DNA from: Planctomycetota bacterium
GTDB lineage: Bacteria; Planctomycetota; Phycisphaerae; WQYP01
NCBI GenBank assembly: GCA_021827645.1
Contig: JAKAVA010000043.1
Coordinates: forward strand, 593 to 64,592
Direction: 5' to 3'
DNA length: 64,000 nucleotides
Shown: one piece after another, positions 59,781-64,000 of the stretch
Position numbering within the stretch: the stretch's first letter is position 1
Layout of the letters: every line of letters begins with the position of its first letter
Position numbers and translations under genes: made by a program
Notes under the pieces: generated by a model
What the model was told of the DNA's origin: nothing
The model's input: only the letters and a program-made list of their open reading frames with translations
Databases searched by the model: none

Positions 59781-60007
59781 TTGAGTCTCCTTAGCTTGAA
59801 CGTTGAAAAAAACTGCACTCCCCTCGTCGTGTGAGCAGAGCCGTTGGTGTCGCCACCCCAAGCCAATTCGGTGGGCATTTTTTCGCCCGCGAGGGTTGCG
59901 ATGCACCCCCGAAAGCCACGCAGGCTGCGTACAATGCGTTATCGGCCCCGCAGTGCCGATAACTTTAGGCCAAATTGGGTTTAATTGGCGGTTCGGGGGC
60001 TGGTTGG

Positions 60008-61108
60008 CTATTTGCCGGCCGGTTCGATATGGGAGTGAATTTCAGCGATGTTCGGCAGGCGGGCCTTGATGCGCGATTCCAGTTCACTGACTTTGGCATG
60101 GGCGTCGGCGACCGACCAATTGGCCGGAACGTCCACATGAAAACTCAAGTAAAGCCGTCCATAGATATTTTGAATGTTGATCGCATGGATGGACACTTTC
60201 AACCCCTCCGCCAGTGAACGGACGATGGATGACGGATCGTCAAAACGCGGCCCCGGTTCCACATGCACCATCACATCAATGCTTTCATCCACCGCATCGG
60301 CGGCAAGTTCCACACTCGTGGCGATGCGATGGCTTTCCTCCAGCGTGATATCCGCAGGTACCACGATGGTGGCATCGACAAACCGCTGCGAACCGGATTG
60401 CCGCGCCCGTACACGGGGCACTTCACTGACACCCGGCACGCGGCGGATCGCCTCCTGCAGGCGGGATTCCAGGCCTGCCGGGGCCCGATCCATCAAGACA
60501 TCAATACTTTGTTTGGCCAGGCGGATGGAGGCCGCGAGGATGATCAGGGCGATGAGCAGGGCGCCGACGGGATCAATCCAGAGCTTGTGGGTCAATTGAT
60601 CCAGCAACAGCGACAGAAGCACGACCAACGCGCTGATGACATCCAGAGTGAAATGGAGGAGATTGGCCCGAAGGGCGCTGCTGCGTCTGGTGGCGTAGGA
60701 CCGAAAAAGCCGGATGGCGCGGTAACCCGTGATTAGCAAAACCACGATCATCAGGGCGATGGCGATCATGGTGGCGGGCGCATCGACCAGCGGCTCCGGA
60801 TGGAGCAGGCGTACGATGGACGCATAGCTGATACCGGCGGCGGTGAGAATGAGAATCAGGCTTTCGCCGAAGGCGGAGAGATTTTCAATTTTGCCATGGC
60901 CGTAATTGTGAGAAGCGTCGGCGGGCAGATCGCTGACTTTAACGGCAATAAGGGTGATGACGGCGGCGACGACATCGGCGGTGCTGTGGATGGCATCGGA
61001 GATCATGGCCAACGAGCCGATCAGAATGCCGAGTGCCAGCTTTCCGGCGCTGATCACCACACCGGCAACCAGCGAGCCGACGGCCAGGCGCTGTTTTTCA
61101 TTTACCAC
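60008..61108 (-). CDS. Cation diffusion facilitator (CDF) family transporter with duplicated C-terminal dimerisation domain
   Basis: SDAIHSTAD, HNYGHGKIENL, LHFTLD; two ZT_dimer-like repeats ending VHVEP and SHIEP. Confidence 0.92.
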   Translation of the reverse strand: MVNEKQRLAVGSLVAGVVISAGKLALGILIGSLAMISDAIHSTADVVAAVITLIAVKVSDLPADASHNYGHGKIENLSAFGESLILILTAAGISYASIVRLLHPEPLVDAPATMIAIALMIVVLLITGYRAIRLFRSYATRRSSALRANLLHFTLDVISALVVLLSLLLDQLTHKLWIDPVGALLIALIILAASIRLAKQSIDVLMDRAPAGLESRLQEAIRRVPGVSEVPRVRARQSGSQRFVDATIVVPADITLEESHRIATSVELAADAVDESIDVMVHVEPGPRFDDPSSIVRSLAEGLKVSIHAINIQNIYGRLYLSFHVDVPANWSVADAHAKVSELESRIKARLPNIAEIHSHIEPAGK

Positions 61109-61584
61109 AACTGCATCCCCGCGTGATCATCTGAGGCGGTGATGATCCGATCGAACAACGCACCGCCGGATGTAGATTAGAAATGGGACGCAGCATCACC
61201 GCAAGGGTGCGGGGCCGCGGCTCGGGCTTGTGACGGATTGAGCCAAGTGCGTTCGCCCAAACCATTGGTGAATTCGCCGACTTATAGAAGAGGCTCTGGG
61301 AATACGCCGACCGCGATTTGGGGCGGGGCCGCGGATGCGACAAACTGCCGATGGGATAAACCCATCGGCTCGCTCCGGAATCGTCCGGATTATTCGTCAT
61401 TCGCCACCGCTCCCCATCGCCCGCCCCCTTCGCAGAAACTGTCACAGGCCCCTCTGGCTCATGCCCACTTTCATGGCGCGGCGGGTGATAGCATCATGTG
61501 CACGAATTCGATAAAGAGACCGTCGTGGTGTACCGCCACGACGGTCGGTGAGCGAGAGAGATAATCGGCAATTGCGACCGCTGA

Positions 61585-62088
61585 TCAGCGACTGAATATC
61601 CAATCGCGGCTGTTGACAGCTCCCGGCGGTGTGCTGGCGAAACACGGGGCACGCCATGTGATGGTCTGCGTCGGCAGGTATCGAATGCTGTTGCCGAAGC
61701 CATCCTTAACATTCACCACGCCGCGGAACGTGCGGCCATTGGGCAGATGGATCACGCCGCAGACGAGATTTGCAGGGCGTATAAACCGGGTAATATTCGG
61801 CTCCCGCATAAAGCGGTCATGGTGATGATCGGAGAGGCGGGCTATCTGATAATCCACCAGAAATTGATGCAGGTCTGATCCGCTGCCATGGAGGGGAGGG
61901 AGATGATGAAATTCATCCTGATATTCGAGCAATCCCTGTTGAAGAGTGGCCAAGGTGATGCGAGTGGTGATCAAATCGCGTTTGGTCGCCGCCTGCACTT
62001 TAAACCACGCCAAGACGCCGATCAGGATAACCAATCCGGCGATGATCACCGGCAGGTCAGAAGCACGAAATTCGAGGCTCGTTCGCAT
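61585..62088 (-). CDS. Pilin/pseudopilin-like protein with a degenerate N-terminal processing motif
   Basis: RBS AGGAGAG, ATG 62088; N-terminal TM; TRITLATLQQGLLEY and DGFGNSIRY parallel the neighbouring pilin gene. Confidence 0.65.
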   Translation of the reverse strand: MRTSLEFRASDLPVIIAGLVILIGVLAWFKVQAATKRDLITTRITLATLQQGLLEYQDEFHHLPPLHGSGSDLHQFLVDYQIARLSDHHHDRFMREPNITRFIRPANLVCGVIHLPNGRTFRGVVNVKDGFGNSIRYLPTQTITWRAPCFASTPPGAVNSRDWIFSR

Positions 62089-62274
62089 GGCTCTCTCCTG
62101 AAAAGACTCTCGGATCAGATCACACAAATCCAATCACTTCTTCTGCTTCCATCATAGAGCGGGCCGGCGGAATAGAAAGGAAAACTTTAGTATTTTCAGG
62201 CTGACCGGCCGCCCATAAATCATGGGTAAGCACGACCGGTCTGTAATCGCTTTTTTATCGGTTAACCGAAGCGA

Positions 62275-62979
62275 TTACTGGTTATAGCTGTAGATGTAAT
62301 CGGACGGCCCGAATGTGGACGTGGAGCTGGTGTTGGATTGGGCGGACGAAAAAACGGGGCCAAAGCTGTAGAAATAGGGGGCGTGATTCGGACTGGGCTG
62401 CCAAGCGCTGTTTTGGAACGTTTCAGGGGAAACGATTATGGTGGGAAGGAGTGCCTGATCGGAGGTTGATAGCCACGATGTGGAAGCGGTGGCGGAGCTG
62501 TTGCCCGTTGGATCGGCATACATGGGCGCATTTGATTGGGTTATCCCCGGGGGCATGTATTGGATCGGGTTGCCGAAGCCGTCGAGGACGCAGATGACGC
62601 CGGTCATGTTATTGGATCCGGTCGGGCCGTTAAACGTGCCGCTGACAACGAGATTTTGGGGCAGCGCGGTGAGGACATCGGGGGTCTGCTTCCAAGTGCC
62701 ATTGGGGCCAGGTGTGGCATGATCCAACTGATAATCTTGTAAAAATTGTCCCATATTTGCCGGTACTTGGCCACCGCTCTTATGAATGTACCAATTGAGT
62801 GCGGCCTGAAGATTTTTCAATTCGGTCTTGGTGAGATTCGACTCGGAACTGTTTTCCACTTGGGTGCCGACGGCCAAGCCGATGCCGATGAGGATGGTGA
62901 TAACAAGCAGCACCACCAACATTTCCACGAGTGTGAATGCAGAATGTTTTTTCGGGCCATGGGATGTTGAAATTTTCAT
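62275..62979 (-). CDS. Prepilin-type N-terminal cleavage/methylation protein (GspG/pilin-like)
   Basis: KKHSA|FTLVEMLVVLLVITILIG; TKTELKNLQAALNWY; DGFGNPIQY. Confidence 0.9.
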   Translation of the reverse strand: MKISTSHGPKKHSAFTLVEMLVVLLVITILIGIGLAVGTQVENSSESNLTKTELKNLQAALNWYIHKSGGQVPANMGQFLQDYQLDHATPGPNGTWKQTPDVLTALPQNLVVSGTFNGPTGSNNMTGVICVLDGFGNPIQYMPPGITQSNAPMYADPTGNSSATASTSWLSTSDQALLPTIIVSPETFQNSAWQPSPNHAPYFYSFGPVFSSAQSNTSSTSTFGPSDYIYSYNQ

Positions 62980-63082
62980 CGGCGTTCCTCATCTTCTGCG
63001 CATCGGTCACCAACCGCCCGCTCCCACACACTCAGAGTGTACTGCTGGACAGGTGGGTTGGGATAGCTGGCGTGCGACCGCC

Positions 63083-64000
63083 TTATCGACTTTCCAGTGC
63101 GGCAATCATACCGGGAATGTCGTGTTCTGGTGCCTCCTTAAGATTGATCGTCCAGCCGAGGGACTCAAGTGCCTGAGTAGTCACCGGGCCGATGGATAGT
63201 TTTGGGACGCTGCTCACTTTATCCCGCAGTTCCGGCCCGAGCATAGCGTGGAGGTTTTTGGCGGTTGATGCACTGGTAAACGTAATCAGATCAATGCGGC
63301 CGGCGCGAAGACCTGCAAGGGCGTCCGGTGGAAGCGATTGGGGTTGCAGAGTCTGATAAATGGCGACATCCTCGACCCTGGCCCCCCCCTGCTCGAGCAC
63401 GGTACGGAGCGCGGGCCGCGCGATTTGCGCCCTCAGCAGCATGACATTCAACCCAGCCACATCCCCCAGATGCCGCAAAATGCTTTGTGCCAATTTGTCG
63501 CCGGTAAATTCTTCCGGCATTAAATCGGCAACAATTCCAATCTCGCGCAGCGCCGCTGCCGTGGAGGGCCCGATGGCGACAACCCTCCGGGGCAGAGCAC
63601 GGGCATCGAGCTGGGCTTCCAGCAGGTGTTGCCAGGTCGCCTGCACGCCGTTGACACTGGTAAATATCACCATGTCTATCTGCGAGAGGCGCCTTATCGC
63701 GTCGGTAACCGCCGACGGGTCGGATGGGGGGACGAGTTCGATCGTGGGGGCCTCGATGACCTGCGCCCCCAAATCCCTGAGGCGCTGAGACAGTTCTCCC
63801 GCCTGTTGACGTGTACGCGTCACCAAAACGGTTTTGCCAAAGAGCGGGCGCTGTTCAAACCAGTTGAGTTCATCTCCCAACTCGGCAACGCGACCAATAA
63901 TGGTGATCGCCGGCGGGGCGATTTGCGCGGAAAAATCTGGCTCGCAGAGTTGCTCCAGTCGGCTGCGGAACGTTTTTTGGTCTGGGTGTGTGGCACGGTG
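63083..64000 (-). CDS. hemD: Fused uroporphyrinogen-III C-methyltransferase / uroporphyrinogen-III synthase (CobA-HemD), 5' part outside the window
   Basis: Frame is open to the window edge (...APPAITIIGRVAEL, end of the SUMT domain), then WFEQRPLFGKTVLVTR, IFTSVNGV, AIGPST, TFTSAST, IGPVT. Confidence 0.9.
   Translation of the reverse strand, partial: HRATHPDQKTFRSRLEQLCEPDFSAQIAPPAITIIGRVAELGDELNWFEQRPLFGKTVLVTRTRQQAGELSQRLRDLGAQVIEAPTIELVPPSDPSAVTDAIRRLSQIDMVIFTSVNGVQATWQHLLEAQLDARALPRRVVAIGPSTAAALREIGIVADLMPEEFTGDKLAQSILRHLGDVAGLNVMLLRAQIARPALRTVLEQGGARVEDVAIYQTLQPQSLPPDALAGLRAGRIDLITFTSASTAKNLHAMLGPELRDKVSSVPKLSIGPVTTQALESLGWTINLKEAPEHDIPGMIAALESR

Noticed and set aside
1-64000. tRNA, rRNA, CRISPR array, IS/integrase
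   Set aside because: None recognised by eye; no regularly spaced repeats, cloverleaf signatures or transposase/integrase motifs.

Overview
GC-rich bacterial DNA, most likely from a planctomycete (Phycisphaerae-like, inferred from the PEP-CTERM proteins, the MoxR/DUF58/BatA/vWA locus, the sigma-70 type and the prepilin-type protein). Exported-protein composition suggests an acidophile. In order, the window holds: a partial sigma-70 gene; a PEP-CTERM gene; a ~22.5 kb type VI secretion cluster; GH2; ackA-xfp; a GH63-like hydrolase; pdhAB; pgeF; tsaD; an S41 protease; a MoxR operon; two tandem PA14/PEP-CTERM paralogues; an autotransporter; a CDF transporter; two pilin-like genes; and a partial cobA/hemD. 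The T6SS order is tssA, unknown, tssB, tssC, hcp, tagJ, tssE, tssF, tssG, clpV, vgrG, small ORF, DUF4280/PAAR-like. The strongest candidate for a novel system is this T6SS. It is bounded on both sides within the window yet has no recognisable tssK, tssL, tssM, fha or pppA. It ends instead with a soluble pseudokinase-like protein, a TssJ-like lipoprotein and a 1437-aa pseudokinase-TM-helical-FGE/SUMF1 (TagR-like) fusion, which may form a non-canonical membrane anchor. The second candidate is a conserved, structured 5' leader plus cassette-like architecture shared by the tandem PEP-CTERM genes. No CRISPR array, rRNA, tRNA or mobile element was recognised. All calls were made by eye from motifs, without database searches.
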